Made by a program: the position numbers and the translations under genes
Shown here: positions 21,343-35,956 of the stretch, piece after piece
How the letters are laid out: each line of letters begins with the position of its first letter
Position numbering within the stretch: position 1 is the first letter of the stretch
The notes under the pieces: model-generated
Database searches by the model: none
Told to the model about the DNA's origin: nothing
Seen by the model: the letters and a program-made list of their open reading frames with translations, nothing else
NCBI RefSeq assembly: GCF_006345805.1
Contig: NC_042997.1
Span: 203,608,001-203,672,000 of the forward strand
From: Octopus sinensis
Taxonomy: Eukaryota
Length of the DNA: 64,000 nt
Reading direction: 5' to 3'

Positions 21343-24068
21343 CATGTGGAGAAATAAATATATATATATATACATACACACACACACATACATGTATATA
21401 TACATATGTGTATTGTGCAGATGTTTGCATTTGTTTATGCTTACACTCTATAAAATATATAGCTACAAATGGTGAAGTTGTCATTCCTCAACAACAAATC
21501 ATCAACTGGGTACAGTTTTTGTTACATTTTTTTTATACACTTACCTAGCAGTATCCTTGTCTTGCGATTGTGTGATAGTTGTAAACAAATGTTTAGTTGC
21601 ATACAGGTGAGGGTTGGTGACAAGGAGATCTAATTGTAGAGAAACTACTTCAACAGACTCCATCTTTATCCACCCCATGCACATTTCCATATACTCTTAC
21701 CTAGCAGTATTTAAGTTGATTATCTTTTGTCTTGCAATACTTGGTGACCCTGACAGAGCAGGTGCCACTTAAAAGCACCCAATCCACACTGTAAAGTGGT
21801 TGGTGTTTGGAAGGGCATCCAGCTGTAAAAACCTTGCCTGTGCTTGTGCCACATAAAAAGCACTAAATCCACTCTGCTGAGTGGTTGGTGTTAGGAAGGA
21901 CATCCAGCTATAAAAATCCTGCCAAAACAGTTGCAGAAGTCTGGTGCAGGCTTCGGATGGCTGGTTCTTTTGGTACCGTCCCTCTCATGCTAGCATGGAA
22001 GACGAACGTTAAACAATGATGATAATGATACACTGACCTGAGTGCTCAACTGGTACTTATTTTATCAACCTCAAAAGGATGAAAGGTGATATTGGACTCA
22101 GTAGAATTTGAACTCAAAATGTAAGGATTGACGAAATACCTCTGCGCATTTTGGCTGGCATGCTAACAATTCTGCCAGCTTCCCACCTTTAACAACTCAT
22201 CCTGCGTTAAAATTAAATTTTTCCAAAAATCTATTGTTGAACGTCGCATGGTATTTCAAGGTATTTCAGTCTGTCAGGTACTCTTGTCAAGAGAAAGGTG
22301 ATTTAATTAGTCAAATATCATTATCATACAAGCAGTGCCATTTGTTTGCAATCTTCCATGGAAACATATCTGACCCACACAAGCATGGAAAAGTGGACAT
22401 TAAAATGATGGCAGCAACTGATGAATCCCACCTGATTTCTGGATAGGCAGGATATATGATTGTTTTTCAAAAGAGTTGTTTCTTTTAAAAAAACAAAAAA
22501 TCCATATTACTGTGGTTAACATCTAGACTAGTGAGTCTCAACCAGGGTCTTTATGGCCCGGAGTGGTGGGGAGGGCATATAGATCTTGCTATTAAAATTC
22601 ATTGGTTATATTTCTACATACACCAAATATTCTAATTTCTTTATACAATTCTCAATAATATTTAATTATAAAAGTACAATTGGATTTTTTAAACATTCAA
22701 TGGCTTGGGGGTCCACACAAATAAAACAGAAACTGGGGGGTGGGGCCCATAGGTTAAAAAATAGTTGAGAACCACTGATCTAGACAAAAGTACGGATCTG
22801 TAGATAGTTCATAGTCATTCATGTGGAGAAATAAATATATATATATATATACATACACACACACACACATACATGTAGATATATATATATGTGTATTGTG
22901 CAGGTGTTTGCATTTGTTTATGTTAACAAACCATCCACTGGTTTTTGCCTTCAAATGTGTGAAATAAAAATTCCTTTACTTGAAAAGCAGGTTCAGGTTA
23001 ACAAAAGGAAAGGTATCTGGTTATAAAACAAGCAGCTGACATAAAAAGCACCATTCACGCGTGATCGTTACCAGCATCGCCTTACTGGTACTTTTGCTGG
23101 TAGCACATAAAAAAATATTTGAGCAAGGTCATTACCAGTGCCACTGGACTGGCTCGTGTGCAGGTGGCACATAGAAAACACCATTTGAGCAAGGCCATTG
23201 CCAGTATTGCCTGACTGGCCCTCGTGCCGGTGGCACGTAAAATCACACACTACACTCCCAGAGTGGTTGGCATGGCATCCAGCTGTAGAAACTCTGCCAG
23301 ATTGGATTGGAGCAAGGTGCAGCCTTCTGGTTTGCCAGTCCTCAGTCAAATCATCCAACCCATGCAAGCATGGAAAGTGCACATTAAACGATGATGATGA
23401 TGAATTCATGGACACATTTGTCTAACACATGCTAGCATGGAAAAACATGTAAAAACAAATGAAAGAAAACCTTGTCATTTTTAATGATGCTCTGTCTTGT
23501 ATCCATAATATTGATTTCTTTCATTAAGGCACAAGTTGTATTTATAAGAAATGAAAATGTCTTCAGTTTTGAAGGCCTCTTGAAAGGCCACATTTAACAT
23601 TAGCTTCAGGTGTACACTGGAAGAGAAATATAGAGCTCTTGTGACAGAATGCCTGTCTATCGTAGACAGCATTCATATATATATATATATACTGCTTGAC
23701 TGGTCCTCGTGCTGGTGGCACGTAAAAAGCACCCAGAACACTTTCAGAGTGGTTGGTGTTAGGAAGGGCATCCAGCTGTAGAAACTTTGCCAGATCGGAT
23801 TGGAGCCAGGTGCAGCCTTCTCACTTTCCAGCCCTCAATCAAAGCATCCAACCCATGCCAGCATGGAAAGTGGATGTTAAACAACAACGATGATATATGA
23901 TATGCTTCTTTCAGTTTCCATCTACCAAATCCACTCACAAGGCTTTGGTTGGCCCAAGGCTATAGTAGAAGACACTTGCCCAAGGTGCCATACAATGGGA
24001 CTGAACCCAGAACCATGTGGTTGGTAAGCCAGCTACTTACCACAGCTACTCTTGCACCTATGTGTATA

Positions 24069-24127
<59 letters not shown>

Positions 24128-26934
24128 TATATAATCAACATCCTCATCATTTTAACATCCACTTTTCCATGTTTGCATAGGGTGGATAGAGATAGAGTTT
24201 GTTGTGGTAGTTTCTCTATGGTTAGATCTCCTTGTCACCAACTTTCACCTGTATGTAAGTAGTTAATATTGCCCCAAGGCAGCGTGCTGGCAGAATCGTT
24301 AGCATAATGGGTGAAATGCTTAGCAGTATTTCATCCACCATTACGTTTTGAGTTCAAATTCTGCCGAGGTCGACTTTGCCTTTTATCCTTTCAGGGTCGA
24401 TTAAATAAGTACCAGTTATGCACTGGGGTCGATGTCATCAATTTAATCCCTTTGTTTGTCCCCTCTATGTTCAGCCCCCTGTGGGCAATAAAGAAATAAA
24501 TATTTTCCCAAGGTGAAGATTGAAAACAAAAGGACACTGCTTGTGAGATGGTGACATTTGTTTACAACTATCACACAATGGCAAGACAAGGAGATAGTAA
24601 CATACCTATCCATATATATGCATGCACACTTCCATATACATGATCTGGTACATATTTCCAACTGCAAGTGGTACTGAAAAATGTATAATGGGTGCAAGCA
24701 TGGCTTTGTGGTAAGTTTGTGTCACAACTACGGAGTTTCAAGTTCAACTCCACAGCATGGCATCTAGCCCAAGTGTCTTCTACCATAACCTTAGATTATT
24801 AAAGCTTTTGAGAGAAATTGTGTGGAGCATGGCTGAGTGATCATTTTTATCCATGAGTGGTGGACAATATGTTCCCTAGTTCATCCTAACACTTTACAAA
24901 AATTAGCAATCAGATTTCCTGCAACTTTTATGCATTGAATAGGATTAGATTGCCTATGTTCAGTCCACTGCAGGACAAAGGCCTCAACATGTTCTCTACA
25001 CCAATCAGTCTAATGTGAAGGCCATGAATTTGAGCTTGAGATCATACTAGTGTGATGAGCCTTTTCTGCCTCAACAGTGGGGTACAGTTTTTGTTACATT
25101 TTTTTTATACTCTTACCTAGCAGTATCCTTGTCTTGTGATTGTGTGATAGTCGTAAACAAATGTCACCATCTCACAAGCAGTGTCTTTTGTCTTCAATCT
25201 TCTGTGAAGATATGCTTCACCTTGGGGAAATATTACCTTAGTTGCATACAGGTGAGGGTTGGTGACCCTGTCAGTGCAGGTGCCACTTAAAAGCACCCAA
25301 TCCACACTGTAAAGTGGTTGGTGTTTGGAAGGATATCCAGCTGTAAAAACCTTGCCAAAACTGACCTCGCCTGTGCTTGTGCCACGTAAAAAGCACTAAA
25401 TCCACTCTGCTGAGTGCTTGGTGTTAGGCAGGGCATCCAGCTATAAAAATCCAGCCAAAACAGTTGCAGAAGTCTGGTGCAGGCTTCAGCCTGGCCAGTT
25501 CTTTTGGTACCATCCCTCCCATGCTAGCATGGAAGACGAACGTTAAACAATGATGATAATGATACACTGACCTGAGTGCTCAACTGGTACTTATTTTATC
25601 AACCTCAAAAGGATGAAAGGTGATATTGGACTCAGTAGAATTTGAACTCAGAATGTAAGGATTGACAAAATACCACTGCGCATTTTGGTTGGTATGCTAA
25701 CAATTCTGCCAGCTTCCCACCTTTAACAACTCATCCTGCGTTAAAATTAAATTTTTCCAAAAATCTATTGTTGAACGTCACATGGTATTTCAAGGTATTT
25801 CAGTCTGTCAGGTACTCTTGTCAAGAGAAAGGTGATTTAATTAGTCAAATATCATTATCATACAAGCAGTGCCATTTGTTTGCAATCTTCCATGGAAACA
25901 TATCTGACCCACACAAGCATGGAAAAGTGGACATTAAAATGATGGCAGCAACTGATGAATCCCACCTGATTTCTGGATAGGCAGGGATATATGATTGGTT
26001 TTCAAAAGAGTTGTTTCTTTTAAAAAAACAAAAAATCCATATTACTGTGGTTAACATCTAGACTAGTGAGTCTCAACCAGGGTCTTTATGGCCCGGAGTG
26101 GTGGGGAGGGCATATAAGATCTTGCTATTAAAATTCATTGGTTATATTTCTACAATACACCAAATATTCTAATTTCTTTATACAATTCTCAATAATATTT
26201 AATTATAAAAGTACAATTGGATTTTTTAAACATTCAATGGCTTGGGGGTCCACACAAATAAAACAGAAACCGGGGGGGTCTAGACAAAAGTACGGATCTG
26301 TAGATAGTTCATAGTCATTCATGTGGAGAAATAAATATATATATATATATATACATACACACACACACACACATACATGTACATATATATATGTGTATTG
26401 TGCAGGTGTTTGCATTTATTTATGTTAACAAACCATCCACTGGTTTTTGCCTTCAAATGTGTGAAATAAAAATTCCTTTACTTGAAAACAGGTACATGTT
26501 AACAAAAGGAAAGGTATCTGGTTATAAAACAAGCAGCTGTAGAAACTATGCCAGATTGGATTGGAGCCAGGTGCAGCCTTCTGGTTTGCCAGTCCTCAGT
26601 CAAATCATCCAACCCATGCAAGCATGGAAAGTGCACATTAAACGATGATGATGATGATGATGATGAATTCATGGACACATTTGTCTAACACATGCTAGCA
26701 TGGAAAAACATGTAAAAACAAATGAAAGAAAACCTTGTCATTTTTAATGATGCTCTGTCTTGTATCCATAATATTGATTTCTTTCATTAAGGCACAAGTT
26801 GTATTTATAAGAAATGAAAATGTCTTCAGTTTTGAAGGCCTCTTGAAAGGCCACATTTAACATTAGCTTCAGGTGTACACTGGAAGAGAAATATAGAGCT
26901 CTTGTGACAGAATGCCTGTCTATCATAGACAGCA

Positions 26935-26966
<32 letters not shown>

Positions 26967-27337
26967 CTGATTGACTGGTCCTCGTGCTGGTGGCACGTAA
27001 AAAGCACCCAGAACACTTTCAGAGTGGTTGGTGCTAGGAAGGGCATCCAGCTGTAGAAACTTTGCCAGATCGGATTGGAGCCAGGTGCAGCCTTCCCGCT
27101 TGCCAGTCCTCAATCAAAGCATCCAACCCATGCCAGCATGGAATGTGGATGTTAAACAACAACGATGATATATGATATGCTTCTTTCAGTTTCCATCTAC
27201 CAAATCAACTCACAAGGCTTTGGTTGGCCCGAGGCAATAGTAGAAGACACTTGCCCAAGGTGCCATGCAGTGGGACTGAACCCAGAACCATGTGGTTGGC
27301 AAGCCAGCTACTTACCACAGCTATTCTTGCACCTATG

Positions 27338-27373
<36 letters not shown>

Positions 27374-29590
27374 TATATAATCAACATCCTCATCATTTTA
27401 ACATCCACTTTTCCATGTTTGCATAGGGTGGATAGAGATGGAGTTTGTTGTGGTAGTTTCTCTATGGTTAGATCTCCTTGTCACCAACCCTCACCTGTAT
27501 GTAAGTTAGTTAATATTTCCCCAAGGCAGCAAGCTGGCAGAATCGTTAGCATAATGGGTGAAATGCTTAGCAGTATTTCGTCCACCATTACGTTTTTGAG
27601 TTCAAATTCCACCGAGGTCGACTTTGCCTTTTATCCTTTCAGGGTCGATTAAATAAGTACCAGTTACGCACTGGGGTCGATGTCATCAATTTAATCCCTT
27701 TGTTTGTCCCCTCTATGTTCAGCCCCCTGTGGGCAATAAAGAAATAAATATTTTCCCAAGGTGAAGATTGAAAACAAAAAGACACTGCTTGTGAGATGGT
27801 GACATTTGTTTACAACTATCACACAATGGCAAGACAAGGAGATAGTAACATACCTATCCATATATATGCATGCACACTTCCATATACATGATCTGGTACA
27901 TATTTCCAACTGCAAGTGGTACTGAAAAAATGTATAATGGGTGCAAGCATGGCTTTGTGGTAAGTTTGTGTCACAACTACGGAGTTTCAAGTTCAAATCC
28001 ACAGCATGGCATCTAGCCCAAGTGTCTTCTACCATAACCTTAGATTATTAAAGCTTTTGAGAGAAATTGTGTGGAGCATGGCTGAGTGATCATTTTTATC
28101 CATGAGTGGTGGACAATATGTTCCCTAGTTCATCCTAACACTTTACAAAAATTAGCAATCAGATTTCCTGCAACTTTTATGCATTGAATAGGATTAGATT
28201 GCCTATGTTCAGTCCACTGCAGGACAAAGGCCTCAACATGTTCTCTACACCAATCAGTCTAATGTGAAGGCCATGAATTTGAGCTTGAGATCATACTAGT
28301 GTGATGAGCCTTTTCTGCCTCAACAGTGGGGTACAGTTTTTGTTACATTTTTTTTATACTCTTACCTAGCAGTATCCTTGTCTTGTGATTGTGTGATAGT
28401 CGTAAACAAATGTCACCATCTCACAAGCAGTGTCTTTTGTCTTCAATCTTCTGTGAAGATATGCTTCACCTTGGGGAAATATTACCTTAGTTGCATACAG
28501 GTGAGGGTTGGTGACCCTGTCAGTGCAGGTGCCACTTAAAAGCACCCAATCCACACTGTAAAGTGGTTGGTGTTTGGAAGGATATCCAGCTGTAAAAACC
28601 TTGCCAAAACTGACCTCGCCTGTGCTTGTGCCACGTAAAAAGCACTAAATCCACTCTGCTGAGTGGTTGGTGTTAGGAAGGACATCCAGCTATAAAAATC
28701 CAGCCAAAACAGTCGCAGAAGTCTGGTGCAGGCTTCAGCCTGGCCAGTTCTTTTGGTACCGTCCCTCCCATGCTAGCATGGAAGACGAAAGTTAAACAAT
28801 GATGATAATGATACACTGACCTGAGTGCTCAACTGGTACTTATTTTATCAACCTCAAAAGGATGAAAGGTGATATTGGACTCAGTAGAATTTGAACTCAG
28901 AATGTAAGGATTGACAAAATATCACTGCGCATTTTGGTTGGTATGCTAACAATTCTGCCAGCTTCCCACCTTTAACAACTCATCCTGCGTTAAAATTAAA
29001 TTTTTCCAAAAATCTATTGTTGAACGTCGCATGGTATTTCAGTCTGTCAGGTACTCTTGTCAAGAGAAAGGTGATTTAATTAGTCAAATATCATTATCAT
29101 ACAAGCAGTGCCGTTTGTTTGCAATCTTCCATGGAAACATATCTGACCCACACAAGCATGGAAAAGTGGACATTAAAATGATGGCAGCAACTGATGAATC
29201 CCACCTGATTTCTGGATAGCCAGGGATATATGATTGGCTTTCAAAAGAGTTGTTTCTTTTAAAAAAACAAAAAATCCATATTACTGTGGTTAACATCTAG
29301 ACTAGTGAGTCTCAACCAGGGTCTTTATGGCCCGGAGGGGGGGGGGGTATAAGATTTTGCTATTAAAATTCATTGGTTATATTTCTACAATACACCAAAT
29401 ATTCTAATTTCTTTATACAATTCTCAATAATATTTAATTATAAAAGTACTATAGGATTCTTTAAACATTCAATGGCTTGGGGGTCCACACAAATAAAACA
29501 GGAACCAGGGGGGTGGGGCATAGGTTAAAAAATAGTTGAGAACCACTGATCTAGACAAAAGTATGGATGTGTAGATTGTTCATAGTCATT
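21343..29590. repeat. Tandem segmental duplication: partial B, then A1(21509-22817) B1(22818-25079) A2(25080-26307) B2(26308-28328) A3(28329-29590)
   Basis: The anchor ggggtacagtttttgttacattttttttata recurs (first copy with small differences) at ~21509, 25080 and 28329. Repeated ORF-track entries confirm it (22234/25768/29031, 23481/26744, 25117/28366). Confidence 0.95.
22529..22777. mobile_element. hAT (Charlie-like) MITE with perfect 8-bp TSD ATCTAGAC
   Basis: Right end TTGAGAACCACTG, degenerate left end TAGTGAGTCTCAACC. TSD at 22521-22528 and 22778-22785. Duplicated at 29303-29548 (intact) and ~26065-26280 (right end deleted). Confidence 0.85.
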
Positions 29591-29650
29591 CAACATAATC
29601 TCAGCAGATCTTGTCTTCCACAACAACAATTAAAGAAATAAATACATAAT

Positions 29651-29656
29651 TTTATT
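29651..29656 (-). terminator. Possible polyadenylation signal (AATAAA) of BOLA3
   Basis: AATAAA on the minus strand ~450 nt after the stop, just before the duplicated array. Confidence 0.4.
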
Positions 29657-30107
29657 AAAAATTTCTTAAAATAATTTCTAGATATTTTTTAATATTAAAT
29701 ATCACTTATAAACATTGCAAATCAATTTTATACAGAAGAAATTGTAATTTTGTGACATTCATACTTTTCCCAAGGCAATTTGTGCCAAAAACAGATTCCT
29801 ACAAGGAATCAAACCTGGAGTGTAGATTCAGTTGTATGTGAACTTAATACTGCAGACTCTGTTGCATATGGACTTAATACTGCACCAACATATCAAAAAA
29901 TTTGCCGCACATATTAATCATCACCATTATCTATTTACATCTAAACAATGGAGAAACCTTCAGCAATTCTTTGTATTTGTCTTTTGTCCATTTCAGTGTG
30001 CTAATTCTTTTAGCACCATTTCTCTTCTCATTACTAGCAGACTGGATATAATTTTCGATAAAACAAATGTTTTGTTTTTAAATATTTAATGCTTTTTGCT
30101 AGGTATA

Positions 30108-30182
30108 TTACGATTCTGAGATATCAGGAACTTGTGTGCTGATACGTAAACCATGCATGTCTTTTATTTCATCTGCCAAAGC
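30108..30182 (-). CDS. BOLA3: BolA-like protein 3, coding exon 4 (75 nt)
   Basis: Long polypyrimidine tract then tttAG|GCT; ALADEIKDMHGLRISTQVPDISES*, matching the BOLA3 C-terminal 'ALKEEIKEMHGLRI' motif. Confidence 0.93.
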   Translation of the reverse strand, partial: ALADEIKDMHGLRISTQVPDISES

Positions 30183-31498
30183 CTAAAAAAAGAAAAAAGA
30201 AAAAAGAAATAAAAAGTAGAAAACAGTCATTACTCTGTATGGAAACTCTAAGAACTTTCTCTCAATTCCTAATTTACTAACTTTCTATGAAGAACACACA
30301 CATACATACAGACACACATAATAGGCTTTTTCCAATTTCCATCTACCAAATCCATTCACAAGGCTTTGGTCAACCTGGGACTATACTAAGACACATGACC
30401 AAGGTGCTGTGCAATAGAACTGAACCTAAGAGTGCATAGTTGGGAAGCAAGCTTCTCAACCACACTGCCATGATTGCACCTGTACAGCAAATAATATACA
30501 CTCATTCTTCTTGTCCTTATGTTAGTAATAATTTTCAATTGTAATTAAGAGTTATTGTGAATATATTAGTGAATGTAAAAACCTGCTCTCTCTCTCTCTC
30601 TCTCTTCAGGAATAGCTGGAAAATGCAGTGATGGAAATACAAAGTAGTGAGGAACAAAAGAGACAAAAAACTTAGTAAATTATCATCTTTGAATCTTCGA
30701 CAACAGGATCCAAGGAGCTGGAGGACTATACTGAGCTTTATTGTCAGTTTTGGTATGGTTTCTACAGCTGGTTGCCCTTCATATTGCCATATATGTATCC
30801 ATGCAATACATCCACACACACACACACTGTCAAATCAATCACTAATTAGCATAAGATTATTGACAATGTTGATGCTCTTCATTGTCTCTTTCAGATGGTC
30901 TTGCAGCATTGCACGGGGCAGCCACATGATGTCTTGCCACTGCTGAGTTTGATGTACAAGGTTTGGGTTGACATGACATGCCCTTCTAAGGCAATGTACA
31001 GTGATGGCCGCAATGCTGTTGGTTTTAACCTCTTCAAGGACTACTTTAACCAAGATCTCTACCAACTGTCAGATGTGACCTCTGTGGGTAAATTGTTCCA
31101 TGCAAAAAAGTAACCTTGTCAGCCATCGACATAAACAAAGTACTACAAACAAAAAGAGAAATACTCGGAAAGAAGGATGATGATTATTGTCAATAATCTA
31201 ATTTCTTTATTGCCCACAAAGGGTTAAACACAGACAGGACAAACAAGAACAGACAAACGGATTAAGTCGATTATATTGACCCCAGTGCGTAACTGGTACT
31301 TATTTAATCAACCCCGAAATGATGAAAGGCAAAGTCGACCCCGGCGGAATTTTAACTCAGAACATAACGGCAAACGAAATACAGCTACGCATTTCACCCA
31401 GTGTTCTAACGTTTCTGCCAGCTCGCTAGTGTGTCAATAATCTTGTAAAATTCCTTTATAGTATGTATATAAAAGAAAATATTTCCAATGTCTTTTAC

Positions 31499-31587
31499 CT
31501 TATTTACCATACGGTGTTGTGTAAGCATATTTTTCCCTTGGAAGTCTTCACTTTCAACAAAAATTTCATACATTGCACCACAACCAC
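31499..31587 (-). CDS. BOLA3: BolA-like protein 3, coding exon 3 (89 nt)
   Basis: ttttttcAG|GT GGT TGT: (G)GCGAMYEIFVESEDFQGKNMLTQHRMVNK|GTAAAA. Contains the SGGCGAM signature with the conserved Cys and the QH motif. Confidence 0.95.
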
Positions 31588-31807
31588 CTGAAAAAAAAAT
31601 CATTTAGTTATGACAACTTTCTGGAAATTTAAACACACACAAGTAACAACATCTCACTTATTTTTTTAGCTTTCTATGGTTTAGTCAGAGAAGGAAAAGC
31701 CACACTCACAACGATATTTCAAGTCCTCTGTGACTTATAGAAGGGAAGACATTATCTGCAGGCTTGAGATGTGATCCCAATGCTTGCAACAAAGTGAATT
31801 CTATTAA

Positions 31808-32028
31808 CTCTTTCGTTACCATATTTATTTTGAAATGCTTTGTGTTTCTTTCAATCATTTAAAAATATAACAAAAATTTAGTAAAACAACTCAGTTATCA
31901 TTAAGCTAGTGTAAAAAACATAAATTGCGACTAAGGTTTGGTGGAAGATTTTAATTCAAAACTTATGAAAACAAGACATTTGTACTACAGAGCCAGAGCC
32001 AGTTTCAGCCGAATTGGTTTCGAAAGGG
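31808..32028. mobile_element. piggyBac-like MITE with TTAA TSD
   Basis: TTAA|ctctttcgttacc ... ggtttcgaaaggg|TTAA. Confidence 0.75.
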
Positions 32029-32374
32029 TTAAAGACATCCAAGAACCACAGAACTTCAAGCTAAACATTAATCATATCAATTTTACCTGTTTGGGAGAAC
32101 TGCAAATGTCTTCAGAATTTGTTTCTTCATTCTACATTTATTTTCCACGGTAGCTAGCACAGGTAAATGAACTTTTAACTGAGGCATTGCTTTACAGGTG
32201 AATGCCATTCTAGTCACTGGTGCTTTTAAATAAGATATCTCTTATTCTACATGGCTTCAAAAGCACAAAATGAGTGGGTGATTTATTGACTAAAAATGAC
32301 AAAAGCCACATTGTTGTTTCCAATTTTCATAAAGGGCAAATGTAAATATACAGACATATATTTACACATACACA

Positions 32375-32539
32375 TTTGTATATAAACATAATACACACAC
32401 ACATATATATACATAATACACGCACACACATATATATAAACATAATACACACACACACACACATATATAAACATAATACACACACACACACACATATATA
32501 AACATAATACACACACACACACACATATATAAACATAAT

Positions 32540-32591
<52 letters not shown>

Positions 32592-32623
32592 TCATTTAGC
32601 GTCCGTTTTCCATGCTAGCATGG

Positions 32624-32667
<44 letters not shown>

Positions 32668-32670
32668 GTG
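32375..32670. repeat. Compound minisatellite/microsatellite: (CA)n-TATATAAACATAATA units, then (TA)n and (GA)n
   Basis: Directly visible tandem units. Confidence 0.9.
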
Positions 32671-33201
32671 CCGTTATACCTGTGTCATTAAAAAGCTTGT
32701 TTTCCAACCACAGGATTTTTTATTTAGTCTCATGGTATGGTACCTAGAGGAAGTGTCTTCAATAGCATCAGGCCGACTAAAACCTTGTGAGTAGGTTTGA
32801 TAGATGGAAATAGAAATAAAGAAATTTGTGTGGTGTATATTTATGTGCGTGTGTGTGTGTGTGTACATAAGTGTTTGTAAGTTGTGTCTCCATGTGATAG
32901 CTGTAAATGAGTATCACCATCACAGTGTCATTTGTTTTAAATCTTAAATAAAAACAAGTCCAGCCATGGGGAAATATTATTTTGATTGGAAACAAGGTGA
33001 GAGTTGGTACCAGAAAGAGCAGCCAGCCTTAGAAAATCTGCCTCAAGAAATATCACCGGACTCATGCAAGCAGCAATTTCTATATGCCAAAGTCTCCACA
33101 ATTTAATTCATTTTATACAAACCTAATTTCATAATTCAAATATAACTGAACTAAATATTATCAAGTTTAACGAAATGGGGGTTGATTAGTAGAATCATTA
33201 G

Positions 33202-33395
33202 CCCTTTAGCATTCAGATTATTCTGCCAAATGTTTTAAATTAATCAGGCATCATCTTGTAACTTTGAGATTTCTATGTGACTCGTTATTTTTGAATGACA
33301 CTGTAGGGTAGGTGTAAGAAGCCAGATCTGGTTAGTTTGAACATAAAGCAGGTAGAATATTTCAGCTGGATATGGCTGGATTAAATGCTAAAGGG
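33202..33395. mobile_element. piggyBac-like MITE with TTAG TSD
   Basis: TTAG|ccctttagcatt ... aatgctaaaggg|TTAG; 12-bp perfect TIR starting CCC. Confidence 0.75.
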
Positions 33396-35956
33396 TTAGA
33401 GAATCAGATGAAATGCTTTGTGGTACTGGTCTTCAGTTCAAATCCATCTAAATTCAACTTTACTTTTCATCCTTCAAGAGTTGATAAATAAAAATAGCAG
33501 TCAAGTTCTGAGGTAGATTCAGTCAAATAATCTCTACTCCAAAGTTTTTGACCATTCTGCCTATATTGAAAATTATGGTCATTATGTCCCTCAAAGAAAA
33601 ACCTACAGGATATGGCATTTGTGTTGTTGTTTGACCCCAGGTCAGACCTAACAACTGAGTCCAGATTTATGATCAAAAGCATACAAATCATGAGTACCCC
33701 TATTTTTTCAGCAGAGATAGCACACTCCACACTATATTACTGCATCTGAAAACTTGTTGTGTACATATACAGTATATATATATATATATTCTTTTATTTG
33801 TTTGTTATCTGACTGTGGCCATGTTGGAGCAATGCCTTTAGTCAAGCAAATCAACCCTAGGACTTATTCTTTGTAAACTAGTACTTTTTCTATCCGTCTC
33901 TTTTGCCAAACCACTAAGTAATGGGGATGTAAACACACCACCATTGGTTGTCAAGCGATGGTGGGGGGAACAAACACACACACACACACGCGCGCATATA
34001 TAAATATATATTACAAGCTTCTTTTAGTTTCCGTCTCCCAAATCCACTCACAAAGCTTTGGTTGGCCTGAGGCTATAGTAGAAGACACTTGCTCAAGGTG
34101 CCACGCAGTGGGACTGAACCTACAACCATGTGTTTGGTAACATCATCATTGGACAGTTTGATAGGAACTGGCAAGACTGGGAGCCATACCAGGTTCCATT
34201 GTTTTGACATGGCTTCTACAGCTGAACGCCCTTCCTAACACCTAACACCAACTACTTTACAGAGTATCTGGGTGTTTTTTATGTGGCACCTTTCCAACAG
34301 GGACACAAAGTACTTTGCAAGGTGTGTGTGTGTGTGTGTGTCTTAGTCCTCACCATTTAACAAATGGTGCTGGTTTATGTCCTTGTAACCTAATGGATCA
34401 GCAAAAAAGAATAATACCAGAGTTAAAAACATATGCTGTGGTTAATTCGTTTGATGAAACCCATCAAGGCAGTGTCCCAGCATGGCTACTGTCCAATGAC
34501 TGAAACAAGTAAAAGATAAAAGATACCAATGTGATTTTAGGAATATCTGGCTACTATTTCTAGCAGGTGGAGTGACCACACAGAAGCTCTGTCATTGTCC
34601 ACCTTATGTTCAAACAACAAACATTAATGACATGAGTAGATGAGAAGGAGATAATCTCATAATACAGCAGAAGAACAAAGTTACGTAATAAAAAGTTACA
34701 GTGACAGACCACATGTGACATCATTTCACTTTCTGAATAATCCTTTTTACTATAGGTACAAGATCTGAAATTTAAGGGGATCGGGGAGCTAGTCAATTAC
34801 ATCAGTCCCATTGTTCAACTGATATTTATTTTATCAACCCCAGCAACATTTGAACTCTGAACATAAAGACAGATGAAATACTGCTATGTATTTTGTCCGG
34901 CATGGTAGCATTTTGACCAGCTTGACACCTTCCGAATAATGTTGGAGTTAAAAGCAAGGAAACTGATAAACTGGTGCTTTCAAACCGAAATATCTTATAG
35001 GCATATGTTCAGCCCATGTTACACAGACACTCCCTTACTTATGCCTTTGTAAATGCTATAAAACCTTTAACCAATGATATTATTATTCTTTTTTAATGAT
35101 TTGCTTATTTCAATTACTGGACTGTGGCCATGCTTGGCCAACATGTTGAAAAGTTTTTTAGTTGATCAAATTTACCAGAATACTTATCTTAAGCCTGGCA
35201 CTTATTGTATTGATCTTTTTTTGCCAAACTACTAAGTTACAGACACACAAAGAAAACCATGTAGCTTACCAAGTAGAGAGAGACAAATACACAGACACAC
35301 ACACACATCTAATAAGCTTCACACAGTTTCCATCAACCAATTCTACTCAAAGTATTTGTTGACCCAGAACTATAGTAGAAGACACTTGCCTAAATGTACC
35401 ACACAGTGGAACTGAACTCAAAGTCATCATTTAGAAAGTATGAGGGCTAGGAAATCACAGGACAGTCATTTGTTTCTTCTTATGGGGTCTCAGTAACTTA
35501 CAGTTGCGACAGTTGTCCCTATTTGTATGGTTGTTTATTTCAGTGGTACTTAAAACAGAGCATTGCAGTGGCATCTAGGTGCACTGCAGATTTTTAAGAA
35601 CTAAAACTTTATTATTCCTGCTTGAGCATCTTAAATAAGTTAATTTCCATCATCATTATTTAACATCCACTTTTCCATGTTTGCATGGATCAAATGGAAT
35701 TTGTTGAGGCAGATTTTTAATGGATGGATATCCTTTCTGTTACCAACCCTCACTAATTTCCAAAGGTAAGTAATTACAGAGGATCAAGACAAAAATAGAA
35801 TTCGTGATCATCATCATCTTTGTATCTTTCCTTTTGTTTAAAAGCTATTAAGGTTTCATCTGGGAAGAATGCGCTAGAAAAGAAGTATGATTATTAGGTA
35901 TGAGGTTGTCTTTAATATCTACAGACTTTAAGTTATCATAAAAGAAAGAAACACAC

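Noticed and set aside
22418-22450. CTGATGA followed by an atcc/ggat hairpin (three copies in the array)
   Set aside because: No GAAA after the hairpin; the copies are due to the duplication.
23481-23625. Strong minus-strand acceptor (tatttctcttccAG) and short ORF, repeated at 26744-26890
   Set aside because: No recognisable product, no good donor, and no partner exons found.
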